64,000 bases of DNA, from contig OZ024747.1 in NCBI GenBank assembly GCA_964016885.1, forward strand, positions 77,004,001 through 77,068,000, in the 5' to 3' direction. The notes beneath the pieces were generated by a model. That model ran no database searches and was not told the DNA's origin. It worked only from the letters and a program-made list of their open reading frames with translations. A program made the translations under genes and the position numbers. Of the stretch, positions 27,085 to 41,699 are shown piece after piece (the stretch's first letter is position 1; every line of letters starts with the position of its first letter). This DNA comes from Eledone cirrhosa. Taxonomy: Eukaryota.

Positions 27085-28324
27085 GGTGTGGTGGTGTTTA
27101 TGGTGGTGGTGCTGTTGGTGCTGTTGGAGCTGGTGGTGGTGGTGGTGGTGGTGGTGGTGTTTATGGTGATGGTGGTGGTGGTGTTTATGGTGATGGTGGT
27201 GGTGCTGGTGGTGCTGGTGCTGGTGATGGTGTGGTGGTGGTGGTGGTGATGGTGGTGGTGGTGATGGTGGTGGTAGTGGTGGTGTTGTTGTTGTTGTTGG
27301 TGGTGTTGTTGTTGGTGGTGGTGTTGTTGTTGGTGTTGTTGTTGGTGGTGTTGTTGTTGGTGTTGTTTTTGGTGGTGGTGGTGTTGTTGGTGGTGTTGTT
27401 GTTGTTGGTGGTGTTGTTGTTGGTGGTGGTGGTGTTGTTGATGTTGATGCTGCTGTTGTTGCTCTTATTGTTGCTGTTGTTATTGTTGTTGTTGCTGCTG
27501 TTGTTGCTCTTATTGTTGTTGTTATTATTATTGCTTGTTGATGATTGATGATATTCTTGTGGGATTGTTACAAACAATTTGTTTTAGTTGTGTCTATTTT
27601 AGTTGTTGTGGTTGTTGTTGTGATTGTTGCTGTTGTGATTGTTGTTGTTGTGATTGTTGTTGATGTATTTTTTGTATTAATTTTCGGGACGTAATTTAGT
27701 TTGTTTTTGTGTTTTTATTGTTGTCTTCTTTTATTTGTTTGTTTTGTTTTCGTATTGTCAGATGCAATAAAATTAGTCTTTAAAATCTGTACAAAACTAT
27801 TGCGTGTTTTAACAATGTTATCTCCTCATTTGAAGAGCTCTACTCCACTCGCAATTGCAATATCAGTGGAAATATACCCCCACTGTCAATACCAACCATC
27901 ACCACCACCACCACCACCACCACCACCACTCTCAATACCAACACCACCACCACCACCACCACCACCACCACCACTACCATTACTACCACCACCAACCACC
28001 ACCACCACTCTCAATACCAACCAACACCACCACCACCATCACCACCACTACCATCACTACCACCACCAACCACCACCACCACCACCACCACCACCACTCT
28101 CAATACCATCACCAACACTACCATCATCAGCACCACCACCACCACTACCATCCACCATTACCACCACCACCATCATCACCCACCATTACCATCCTCATCC
28201 ACCACCAATAACAACACCACCACTACCAACAACACCATCACTACCACCACAACCACCACCACCACCGCCACTACCATCACCTTCTCTACGACACGCAACC
28301 ACAACAACGACGACATCAACAATA

Positions 28325-28376
<52 letters not shown>

Positions 28377-28478
28377 TTATAACTACTACTACTAGTACTA
28401 CTACTTCTACTACTACAACTACTATTATAACTACTACTACTACTACTACTACTACCACTACTACTACTACTACTACTT

Positions 28479-28551
<73 letters not shown>

Positions 28552-29560
28552 CACTATTATTACCACTACTACTACTACTATTATTACTACTACCGCCATT
28601 CAACCACAATTATCACCCTCACGCCCACACTACCACCACCACCACCACCACCATTACACCACTCCACACCACACCACACCACTCCACGCCACACCACACA
28701 ACTCCACACTACACTACACCATCCCAACCCACACCACATCACACTACACCACACCACACCATACCACACTACACCACACTATACCACACCACACCACACT
28801 ACACCACACCACACCACACCATACCACACCACACCACTCCACACCACACCACTCCACACCACACCACTCCACACCACACCACTAAACACCACACCACTCC
28901 ACACCACACCACCACAACACAACACCATACCATACCACACCATCTCAACCTACAACACACTACACCACACCACACCATACCACAGCACACCACACCACTC
29001 CACACTACACTACACTACACTACACTACACCACAACACCACACCAGACTACACTACACCACACCACACCACACCACACTACACCACACTACACTACACTA
29101 CACTACACTACACTACACCACAACACCACACCAGACTACACTACACCACACCACACCACACCACACTACACCACACTACACTACACTACACTACACTACA
29201 CTACACCACAACACCACACCAGACTACACTACACCACACCACACCACACTACACCACAACATCACACTACACTACACCACACCACACTACACTACATAAC
29301 ACCACACCACACCACACTACACTACACCACACCACACACACAACCATGCCTCTCCACACTGCCACCATCCCCACCCACACAGCCACATCTCCACACCGCC
29401 ACCATCCCCACACACACAACCATGCCTCTCCACACTGCCACCATCCCTACAGACACAGCCACATCTTCACACCGCCACCATCCCTAAAGACACAGCCACA
29501 TCACCACACCGCCATCATACCTCAGACACAGCCAAGCCCCTCCACAACGCCACCACAGAC
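25528..29560. repeat. Large low-complexity block: (AAC/AGC)n, (GGT/GTT)n, (ACC)n, (ACT)n, (ACACC/ACACT)n
   Basis: Direct inspection; short unique spacers at ~26890-27040 and 27670-27880. Confidence 0.9.
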
Positions 29561-30281
29561 AAGCTGTCCGTGGTTCAGTAAGTTAACCTGTAGCCCAGCA
29601 GTCGTGCCGTGTATTTCAATGTCAGTAATGTAATTAGTAGAAACCAACAGAATCAGTTGAAGTATTGATGTGTTTTATACCAAACATTACATTAACACTG
29701 GATTGTCTCCCCTGAATACACAAATATCAACTAGTGGCCAGCAACAACAACAGCAACAACAACAGCAACAACAACAGCAATAGCGGCAGCAACAATAACA
29801 ACAACAACAACAACAATACTAGTAATAATGAAGACAACAATAATAAAAATGACAACAATAACGACAACAACAACAAGAGCAACTACTACAACAACAGCAA
29901 CAGCAACAACAAAAACAATAATAGTAACAATGACAACAACAACAGCAACAACAACAACAACAACAACAACAACAAAGAATCAACGACACAGAGGTCGATT
30001 TCTTGTAAAGCAAGTCCTACTGATTTAAGATAAAATAGGTGATATTGGAAGGTCATCAAGAGACATGGTGGTCACCGCTTGAATGGCGTGGATTTTAGTA
30101 TGGGAGTGCCATGAATATTGCTAACCTAGGGTTAAACAACAACAATAACAACAGTAACTACATTATGATAAAAAAATAAACAGTGGCAACACGTATAACA
30201 ACAACAACAGCAACAGCAGCAGCAACAAAACCAGAACGAGGTAAACAATTCTATATGAAGACATTATGTATATGATAGTGC

Positions 30282-30468
30282 GGTGGGTTGGCAGTATCGG
30301 TAGAGGGTCGGACGCCATGCTTTGACGCATAGAGTTACGTCCCTTGCCATTCTGAGTTCAAAGCCCGCCAAGGTTAACTTTGCCTTTCATCCTCATGGGG
30401 TGGACGAAATAAAGTACCAGTAATGCACTGGGTAATTGCTGGCCTTGTGCCAAAAGTAGAAACAATTA
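30282..30468 (+). mobile_element. Full-length family A tRNA-derived SINE with 19-bp TSD
   Basis: A and B boxes. TSD attatgtatatgatagtgc at 30263-30281 and 30465-30483. Confidence 0.95.
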
Positions 30469-30534
30469 TGTATATGATAGTGCACATACTTAAATATGGA
30501 ATGTTAGGCGTTTGGTTATCATGCGCATGTCTCT

Positions 30535-30820
30535 CTTAAGCAGGAGGCTGGTTAGGCCGGTGCTTATCCCGGTTTCATGGCGTGAAGCGACTGAGAGTAC
30601 AAGACTTCCCCCTGGACAGGACGCCAGTCCATCGCAGAGTTAAACTCCCAGCTACTGCTGATACTCATTTTCAGCTGAGTATACTGGAGCAACGTAAAAT
30701 GAAGTGTTTTGCTCTTACACATACATTACATTGTGTGTTTTCAACACAACACGCACCCCAGCCCAGGAATCGAACCTACAACATTATGATCGTAAGTCCA
30801 ACACTTTTACCACTAGGACA
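30535..30820 (-). mobile_element. tRNA-derived SINE (family B head, V-SINE-like tail)
   Basis: ggaatcgaacc (reverse B-box); ccctggacaggacgccagtccatcgcag tail motif. Confidence 0.75.
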
Positions 30821-30955
30821 GACGTATATGAAACAATGAAATTCCTTCACATCCGTAGTTTTCTCATTCGTCAAGAAACAAAATGGTATATTATAGAGCA
30901 GAGCAGTCGTGGACATTCTGTCACTCACATCGATATGTACTAGAAGTAGTATTTT

Positions 30956-31539
<584 letters not shown>

Positions 31540-31867
31540 TTACATAGATGTATGTCTCCATACATCATGTAGTGATGATCTGAATACTGTTTATACAAGA
31601 TGAATTTCGATGATCTGAATACTGTATAATTTATCCCAAGGACGACTGGTTTGGTCTCTCGATTCTTCAGACTATGAACAGTTTCAAGACAGCTTTTCAC
31701 TCTAGATAGGACAAGCAGCTTACTGTGATAATTATAACAGTGGGATCTTATTTGAGGGGTTGTTTGAGGCTAGGAATAAGTAAGTTGAGAGGATCTAGAG
31801 ATATTTATGTGTATATCCCTTCCAGTCTCCTATCATTATCCAGACATACATCCATCCGACTGACTAG

Positions 31868-32135
31868 TCCTTCATAGCTCGACAGCTTCTGGAAAGTGAA
31901 GAGTTTAGAAAAGGGTCATTAGCTTTGCTTTCTATGAGCTATGTAAGGTTTTTGACAATGTCAATCGTGACTATGGAACGAATTAGGGAGCGAGTTAAGA
32001 TGGCCGACATGTTCCGGACTTTCCTGATGGCACAATAAGTGTCAAATTGTCTCTACTTTTCGGGGGTGATGTGTTAAACAGTGATGTCACCTTGCTGCTA
32101 TACTTTTCAACGTGTGTCTTGTTGCTGTGACACGA
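31868..32135 (+). pseudogene. Degenerate RTE-type reverse transcriptase relic
   Basis: FIARQLLE.., FAFYELCKVFDNVNR (~AFVDLxKAFDxVNR), VKQ*CHLAAILFNV (~GVKQGCVLAPTLFN). Confidence 0.7.
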
Positions 32136-32267
32136 CTCTCAAGGTTTGACATAAATGATATAGACGTCACTATATTATCTGCGTAAATATTCTGCCCTAA
32201 CTAAAACTTGGACCAAGCTCATTTGTAAGGTGACGTAGGCAGGCATTATGACACACACAGACACACA

Positions 32268-32301
<34 letters not shown>

Positions 32302-32313
32302 ACACACACACAC

Positions 32314-32383
<70 letters not shown>

Positions 32384-32386
32384 CAT

Positions 32387-32423
<37 letters not shown>

Positions 32424-32474
32424 AAATAAAATAAAATAAATAAGTCAAATGTTTAAAATTTGGCTTCGTTTGTT

Positions 32475-32529
32475 ACTGCTATATATATTTCGGTGACAGC
32501 CATCTTTGGCTGTGACCTCTTCAGGCAGT
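32475..32529 (-). ncRNA. Minimal type I hammerhead ribozyme
   Basis: Minus strand: ACUGC-CUGAAGA-GGU c ACAGCCA aaga UGGCUGU c ACC-GAAA-UAUAUA-UA^GCAGU. Stem I is perfect, stem II has 10 bp, stem III is palindromic. Located in an insert between (TA)n tracts. Confidence 0.85.
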
Positions 32530-32706
32530 CCGAATTAGTAACCAAACCAACCTGCGCACTTCGTCGAGTGCTCCAATCTGCATACTGAGGTGTTGGTATA
32601 CAACCAACATATACTAAAAAAAAATATATATATATTTAAATATATATAGATATAAATATAGATATAGATAGATAGATAGATACATAGATATAGACATACA
32701 CACACA

Positions 32707-32756
<50 letters not shown>

Positions 32757-32808
32757 CATATGTATATACATGAATATATATAAATATGTATATATATATA
32801 GAGTCCAG

Positions 32809-32938
32809 AATTAGCCGTCGAAACGGCTTGAGCTCAGCTGTCGGGGTCTTACTGGTTCCTATTACCCACTCTACTACCTCAAGTATCGAGTACTTTGGTG
32901 CGTTATGGTCCACCTGGTTCCTTACCACATTTCCTTCG

Positions 32939-32940
<2 letters not shown>
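32809..32940 (+). mobile_element. pLTR-like remnant (family P1) in (TA)n
   Basis: Reverse-complement homolog of 7536-7668. Confidence 0.65.
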
Positions 32941-32997
<57 letters not shown>

Positions 32998-33000
32998 CAT

Positions 33001-33822
<822 letters not shown>

Positions 33823-33890
33823 ATTAAGCTCTGTTGCTTACAAAGAGCACTCTTTTTTCCTGGACTTTTCCGACGGAATTACTTCATTCA

Positions 33891-33924
<34 letters not shown>

Positions 33925-33932
33925 TATATACA

Positions 33933-33985
<53 letters not shown>

Positions 33986-34020
33986 GTATATATACACATA
34001 CACACGCGCGCACCTCCCCC

Positions 34021-34102
<82 letters not shown>

Positions 34103-34353
34103 AAATGTAGATCAAAGGATACCATTTTTGTTGTTGATCATAGAAACATATAAAAGAGTAGATTTGAGAGAATAATGCTAATAAGTAGTAACAATAACTA
34201 TTCCAGAGAATCTGGCAATATTTGGTAAAACTAACATATACAAAACAATTGAACAAAAGGTCGAGAGATACTTTTCACGTTAGACTAGCCAAAAACTTGT
34301 CTTTAGCAGCAGCTTGGCAACGTCTACAATGTGTACTTATTAGCGATGTACAG

Positions 34354-34425
<72 letters not shown>

Positions 34426-34435
34426 ATATATGTAT

Positions 34436-34638
<203 letters not shown>

Positions 34639-34688
34639 CACACACATATATATGTATATATATATATATATGGTATATATATATATGG

Positions 34689-34761
<73 letters not shown>

Positions 34762-34771
34762 GTAAATATAT

Positions 34772-34834
<63 letters not shown>

Positions 34835-34922
34835 ATATATATATGATCGTCTGGTACGTTTTTTCTCATTATTCCCATAGCGATGGTTTAGCTTATGCTT
34901 GCATAATGCTAAATATACGAAC

Positions 34923-34956
<34 letters not shown>

Positions 34957-35307
34957 TCTACATATCACGTCTACATATCGATTCAGTGGTACCGAGATTT
35001 ATTCATCGACAGATATAGATCTCTCCCTCTCACATATCTTTCCACACAATCACTCACAAAATGTATTAATCATATGAATATATAAGTGCATAAACACACA
35101 CAGACACAAACACACATACAAACAAACACATATATATACATATGTGTCTGTGTGTGTGTCTGTGTGTGTGTCTGTGTGTGCATGTGCAGGCATGTTTCCA
35201 GTCCTTCTCTTTGAACGATATCCATTATACATACGTTATATATTCATATTAACGCATGTACTTTTGTCAATATTAAAAACACATAAGACATATATATTAA
35301 AATACAT

Positions 35308-35625
<318 letters not shown>

Positions 35626-35645
35626 ATATATACATATACATATAC

Positions 35646-35683
<38 letters not shown>

Positions 35684-35867
35684 GAGAGGGGGTGTTTTTC
35701 TCTGAAGGCACTCCGCTGTCCAGCTCTCTCCTGAGAGTTTCTTACCAATATGTGATAAATTTATTCTGCGAGTTGACTTAGACTTTGAATTTCACCTTTG
35801 CTGACACATTGCAGTCTTGAGTATTTAAGAAGCGATGGTGAAGTTCGTAATCCCAGACAATACACTA

Positions 35868-35913
<46 letters not shown>

Positions 35914-35917
<4 letters not shown>

Positions 35918-35966
35918 AACGAGTAGGACCCCGACGGCTGAGCTCAAGCCGTTTCGACGGCTAATT
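35914..35966 (-). mobile_element. pLTR-like remnant (family P1) in (TA)n
   Basis: Matches 7613-7666. Confidence 0.6.
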
Positions 35967-35978
35967 CAGTATATATAC

Positions 35979-36027
<49 letters not shown>

Positions 36028-36280
36028 TGGCTTCTTGGTCGTCGGTTCTATTCCTGTATGGGATGCGACCAGCAGAGCTAGTATCAGCAATAGAAAGACC
36101 AATGGGAATATTGATTCTTTAGTCTGATCTCCTCGTAATCGCCACCTATTCTTTCAAATGTATATTTCCATTCCTTCTCTAGCTAGAACTAAAGAAATGT
36201 TTTATTATTTTTATTTATCGATTTTTTTTTTATTAATGTATGTATGTACGCATGTATGTATCTATATGTATGTAGATATG

Positions 36281-36355
<75 letters not shown>

Positions 36356-36359
36356 TATA

Positions 36360-36472
<113 letters not shown>

Positions 36473-36658
36473 TATATATATATATATATATATATAAATA
36501 TATATATACATTACATATCTCTCTCTCTCTGTATATATATATATATATATATACATATATATAACACATTTATATATATTCTCCGTTATTCAATTCATGC
36601 ATGTGTATGTGTGTGTGAGTGTGTTTGTGTGAGTGTCAGAGAGAAAGAGAGAGTGTTC

Positions 36659-36734
<76 letters not shown>

Positions 36735-37215
36735 TTGTGTGTGTGTGACTGTGTGTCTACATTACAAATATTTATGCATATCGGTAAATACGCCTAACTA
36801 CATAAGGATATAAGGACATCCATGGAAATATAGAACCCTCCAACCATATATCCACCATATATCCACATCTATCTGTAATGGCGTCCTTACAAAACTGTTA
36901 CAGTCTTTATATATACTGTAACTGTATAGTCTTTCTGACGTCGGCAAACATACGTACTATGACTACACATGGATACACATAGGAGGGGCTATATGTTGGC
37001 GAATAAATGCATAATTATACATACATGCACGCACACAGATATACGTATATGTACATATAAAAGGTATGTATATGTATATATATACTAATGTATATGTATA
37101 TATGTATATATATACATATGTATATGTATATATATATATATATACAGAGAGAGAGAGAGAAATAGATAGATAGATATTTCTATAAGTGTTTGAGTATATG
37201 TGTATGCGTATACAT

Positions 37216-37256
<41 letters not shown>

Positions 37257-37577
37257 TGTGTGTGTGTGTGTGTATGTGTGTATGTGTGTGTGCTGCTCTG
37301 TGTCTCTGTTTGTGTATATGATGCATACACACGCCGCCCTATCCACCCCGCACGTATACTCACTTGCTCACATTCCCGCCATCTTACACAGCTCCACGTG
37401 CTTATCAATGACTATTGAATGATATTTCCATAGTGAGTGTCAATCAGAAATAAAATAAAATAAAATAAAATAAAATAAAATAAAATAAATAAATAAATAA
37501 ACAAAGATAGAAAGAAAGAAAGAAGCAAAGAAATGGAAAAAGAATGAAAGAGAAAAATAAATGAATAGATAAAGAAA

Positions 37578-37643
<66 letters not shown>

Positions 37644-37977
37644 AAAAAGAAAGAAAGAAAGAAAGAAACATTGAATGAATGAAAAATATTACAAAGCAAA
37701 ATTAAATAAATGAAACGTAAATTGGAACGGAAGAATGGCGTCAAAAGTCGTCCATATCTATATCAGTTCTTGAAAAATATATACATGAAAATATAACAAA
37801 AAGGAATATATAGATAAAAAAGATATAAAATCTAAATACTCACTAGGTTACCATAACAACGGAAGAGGTTCTCTGTAATATATTCCAAATAAATGAATTT
37901 TTAAAATATATCTTGAAAATCAGAGACCAACGTGGCGGCCATTTTATTATTTATGTACTTTTATTAATGACACAGTA

Positions 37978-38176
37978 AATAATTGTTTCTACTTTAGGCA
38001 CAAGGCCAGCAATTACCCAGTGCATTACTGGTACTTTATTTTATCGACCCCGTAAGGATGAAAGTCAAAGCTATCCTCGGTGGGGTTTGAACTCAGAACG
38101 TAAAGGGCCGTAACTGTATGCCACAAAGCATATTGTCCAATGCTCTACAGTTACTGTCAACCCCCCCCCCCCCTCC
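37978..38176 (-). mobile_element. Family A SINE
   Basis: Consensus match; head plus right flank duplicated at 5256-5492. Confidence 0.9.
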
Positions 38177-38697
38177 AATGACACATTAATAATAAAAATA
38201 ATATTTATATAGAGAGAGAGACATATATATATATAAGTGCTTAAATTAGAAACAATGAATCTATGATGACTTTATACAACGTCCTTTCGTTGGTGAAGAC
38301 GGTAGGATCTTATCCGAAGGACATTTTTATGACTTATCAGGTTGAGCTTCTATAGTTGGCCTCTCTTTAATTGTGTGAAACGTTTGAGAGAAAATTCTCC
38401 TCTACCCAGGACCAGATTTATTACGGGTTATGCGGTCGAATGCCCTGGGCACCTATTATCAAACAGAGGCCTCTCAAGCAATAGCCTTGGCCCCTTGAAA
38501 CCTAAACTGCCCTGAGCCCTCCAAAACTGAAAGACCCACCACCCAAATCTGAATTCTACACGGCCCTCCAAACATGAACTACCCCGGCTCTCCAAACCTA
38601 AACTGCTCTGGGCTCCCAAAACATGAACTACTCCGGGTACACCCAGAAAAGGAAGAGTGACGGTATTACGCAATCGCCATTGTTTGACCCCATTACA

Positions 38698-38770
<73 letters not shown>

Positions 38771-38905
38771 TTCCTACTATATCTAGCGTAAAACCAATGT
38801 ATTCCTTGAGTGTTGTTTGCTTTGTTTCTGTTTACGTTTCTTTTTGCACATACACACATATACACACACATAGATAGATATATAAATATTTATATATATA
38901 TATAT

Positions 38906-39004
<99 letters not shown>

Positions 39005-39035
39005 ATTAATAAATGGAAACTATATTTATAAAACC

Positions 39036-39111
39036 ATATTTATTTCATTATATATATTTCAAGGATACCAAGTTAAATCATGGTATGCCTTCATCAGACA
39101 AAATACAATAT
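39036..39111 (-). ncRNA. Minimal hammerhead ribozyme (inverted copy)
   Basis: Exact reverse complement of 39250-39325. Confidence 0.75.
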
Positions 39112-39249
39112 ATAACAGTTTTACAAATAGATATTGACGTACCCTTTCAAAAAGGTGACCGTTGTTTTTGGAGGCCATCCGGATGGCCTCCAAAAACAAC
39201 GGTCACCTTTTTGAAAGGGTACGTCAATATCTATTTGTAAAACTGTTAT

Positions 39250-39325
39250 ATATTGTATTTTGTCTGATGAAGGCATACCATGATTTAACTTGGTATCCTT
39301 GAAATATATATAATGAAATAAATAT
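39250..39325 (+). ncRNA. Minimal type I hammerhead ribozyme
   Basis: UAUUUUGU-CUGAUGA-AGG c AUACCA loop UGGUAU c CUU-GAAA-UAUAUA-UA^AUGAAAUA. Confidence 0.8.
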
Positions 39326-39450
39326 GGTTTTATAAATATAGTTTCCATTTATTAATATTGTATATCTACTCCAATTATTTGTCGAGTGCTTTATATCAGT
39401 TATAATAATATTTTCTTGTTGTATCCCAACAATTTAAATAGAACTTTTGC

Positions 39451-39492
<42 letters not shown>

Positions 39493-39931
39493 GCACTTGA
39501 CCAAGCCGGTATGAATTTTTTTTCTCTCTCTCTCGTCTGCGACTTCACAGAACTTATGTTTACCGAATTCGCAGACCAGACCCTTTCTTCCTCCCGATAG
39601 ACCTGTGCGAAATTCCTTCCTTGCTCACATTTCAACCAGGTTTGATGGTCTTTATTCTCTCGTTCACGATTTCACCGAATTTATATTCATAGAAATCTGG
39701 GACTTGTTTCCTTCTTCATCACTTTCTGTTGCTTAAACCATTTTGTTTGTTTACCCTAGCGCCCCCTTTATTTACGTGTCCCAACGACTTTTTTTTAGCC
39801 GTTGCTCGCACCAACCTGAGGTATATGGCCTTTAATGCGACGAAATGCCTACGACGGTTGGATGGCCACTGATGAGGACAAACTTTTTCATATGTAACCC
39901 ATTTGCAGCGCCGCAGCTCCATTATTATCAT

Positions 39932-40004
<73 letters not shown>

Positions 40005-40109
40005 ATTGTTCTCGGTATGGTGAACTAACTGTTGTGTTACCACTCCTACCTAACACGTCCTATGGACTGAGCGCTCTACCACTACGGATATTACCTTCCA
40101 GTGTTCTAC

Positions 40110-40141
<32 letters not shown>

Positions 40142-40309
40142 GTGTGTATATATATATATATATATTAGAAAGATCGAGTATCGAAAAATCGGCGCACGAG
40201 TTCACGATAAACGAGATTCGATATGAGCGGCAGCGGGCTCAATAATTCAGATGAATCAGATATATATATATATATACATAGAGATAGCTAGATAGATAGA
40301 TAGAGATAG

Positions 40310-40422
<113 letters not shown>

Positions 40423-40608
40423 CAGAGAGAGAGGTAGATAGACAGATAGGTTGATATATGTTTGTATATATCTTACATAGCCATATATACAAGCACACGT
40501 GATATTGACAAGGAGGATTTTCAAGTTGTAAGACTATAAGATTGTTCAGGTCATTGCTACTGCGATTGTATCCACCATTTGTTTGTGTAATTGCCCAGAA
40601 CACATAAA

Positions 40609-41622
40609 ACACACACAATATACAACACAATACACAACACAACATTACACACACAATATACAACACAGCATTACACACACACAATATACAACACAATATA
40701 CAACACAACATTACACACACAATATACAACACAATATACAACACAACGTTACACACACAATATACAACACAACATTACACACACAATACACAACACAACA
40801 TTACACACACAATACACAACACAACATTACACACACAATATACAACACAACATTACACACACAATACACAACACAACATTACACACACAATATACAACAC
40901 AACATTACACACACAATATACAACACAACATTACACACACAATACACAACACAACATTACACACACAATACACAACACAACATTACACACACAATACACA
41001 ACACAACATTACACACACAATACACAACACAACATTACACACACAATACACAACACAACATTACACACACAATATACAACACAACATTACACACACAATA
41101 CACAACACAACATTACACACACAATACACAACACAACATTACACACACAATATACAACACAACATTACACACACAATACACAACACAACATTACACACAC
41201 AATACACAACACAACATTACACACACAATACACAACACAACATTACACACACAATACACAACACAACATTACACACACAATATACAACACAACATTACAC
41301 ACACAATACACAACACAACATTACACACACAATACACAACACAACATTACACACACAATACACAACACAACATTACACACACAATACACAACACAACATT
41401 ACACACACAATACACAACACAACATTACACACACAATACACAACACAACATTACACACACAATACACAACACAACATTACACACACAATACACAACACAA
41501 CATTACACACACAATACACAACACAACATTACACACACAATACACAACACAACATTACACACACAATACACAACACAACATTACACACACAATATACAAC
41601 ACAACATTACACACACAATACA
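40609..41622. repeat. 26-bp minisatellite, ~38 copies
   Basis: Unit ttacacacacaata(c/t)acaacacaaca. Confidence 0.97.
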
Positions 41623-41699
41623 CCATCAATGGCAAAACTCGACAACTATACTTGTTCATATTTTGTTTACCTAGAAACAGAGTCATTGACACCATAGTG

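Larger units (their letters stand above)
38996..39452 (+). mobile_element. 5'-truncated PLE pLTR with inverted partial copy (perfect ~370-bp palindrome), in (TA)n
   Basis: Palindrome 38996-39365 centred at 39180/39181. 39225-39452 is homologous to the 3' half of the pLTR at ~47636-47863. Confidence 0.9.

Noticed and set aside
27701-28885. Pro/Thr/His-rich mucin- or extensin-like ORF (also 43162-45057)
   Set aside because: Built from (ACC)n, (ACT)n and pentamer repeats with frame-shifting units; runs through (TA)n in the second case.
30282-30370. tRNA genes at A/B-box motifs
   Set aside because: No cloverleaf; they continue into SINE bodies with TSDs.
39013-39348. Two identical 75-aa ORFs on opposite strands
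   Set aside because: Trivial consequence of the perfect palindrome.
39838-39885. cgaaa..ctgatgag as a hammerhead
   Set aside because: Could not form stems I-III around the core motifs.
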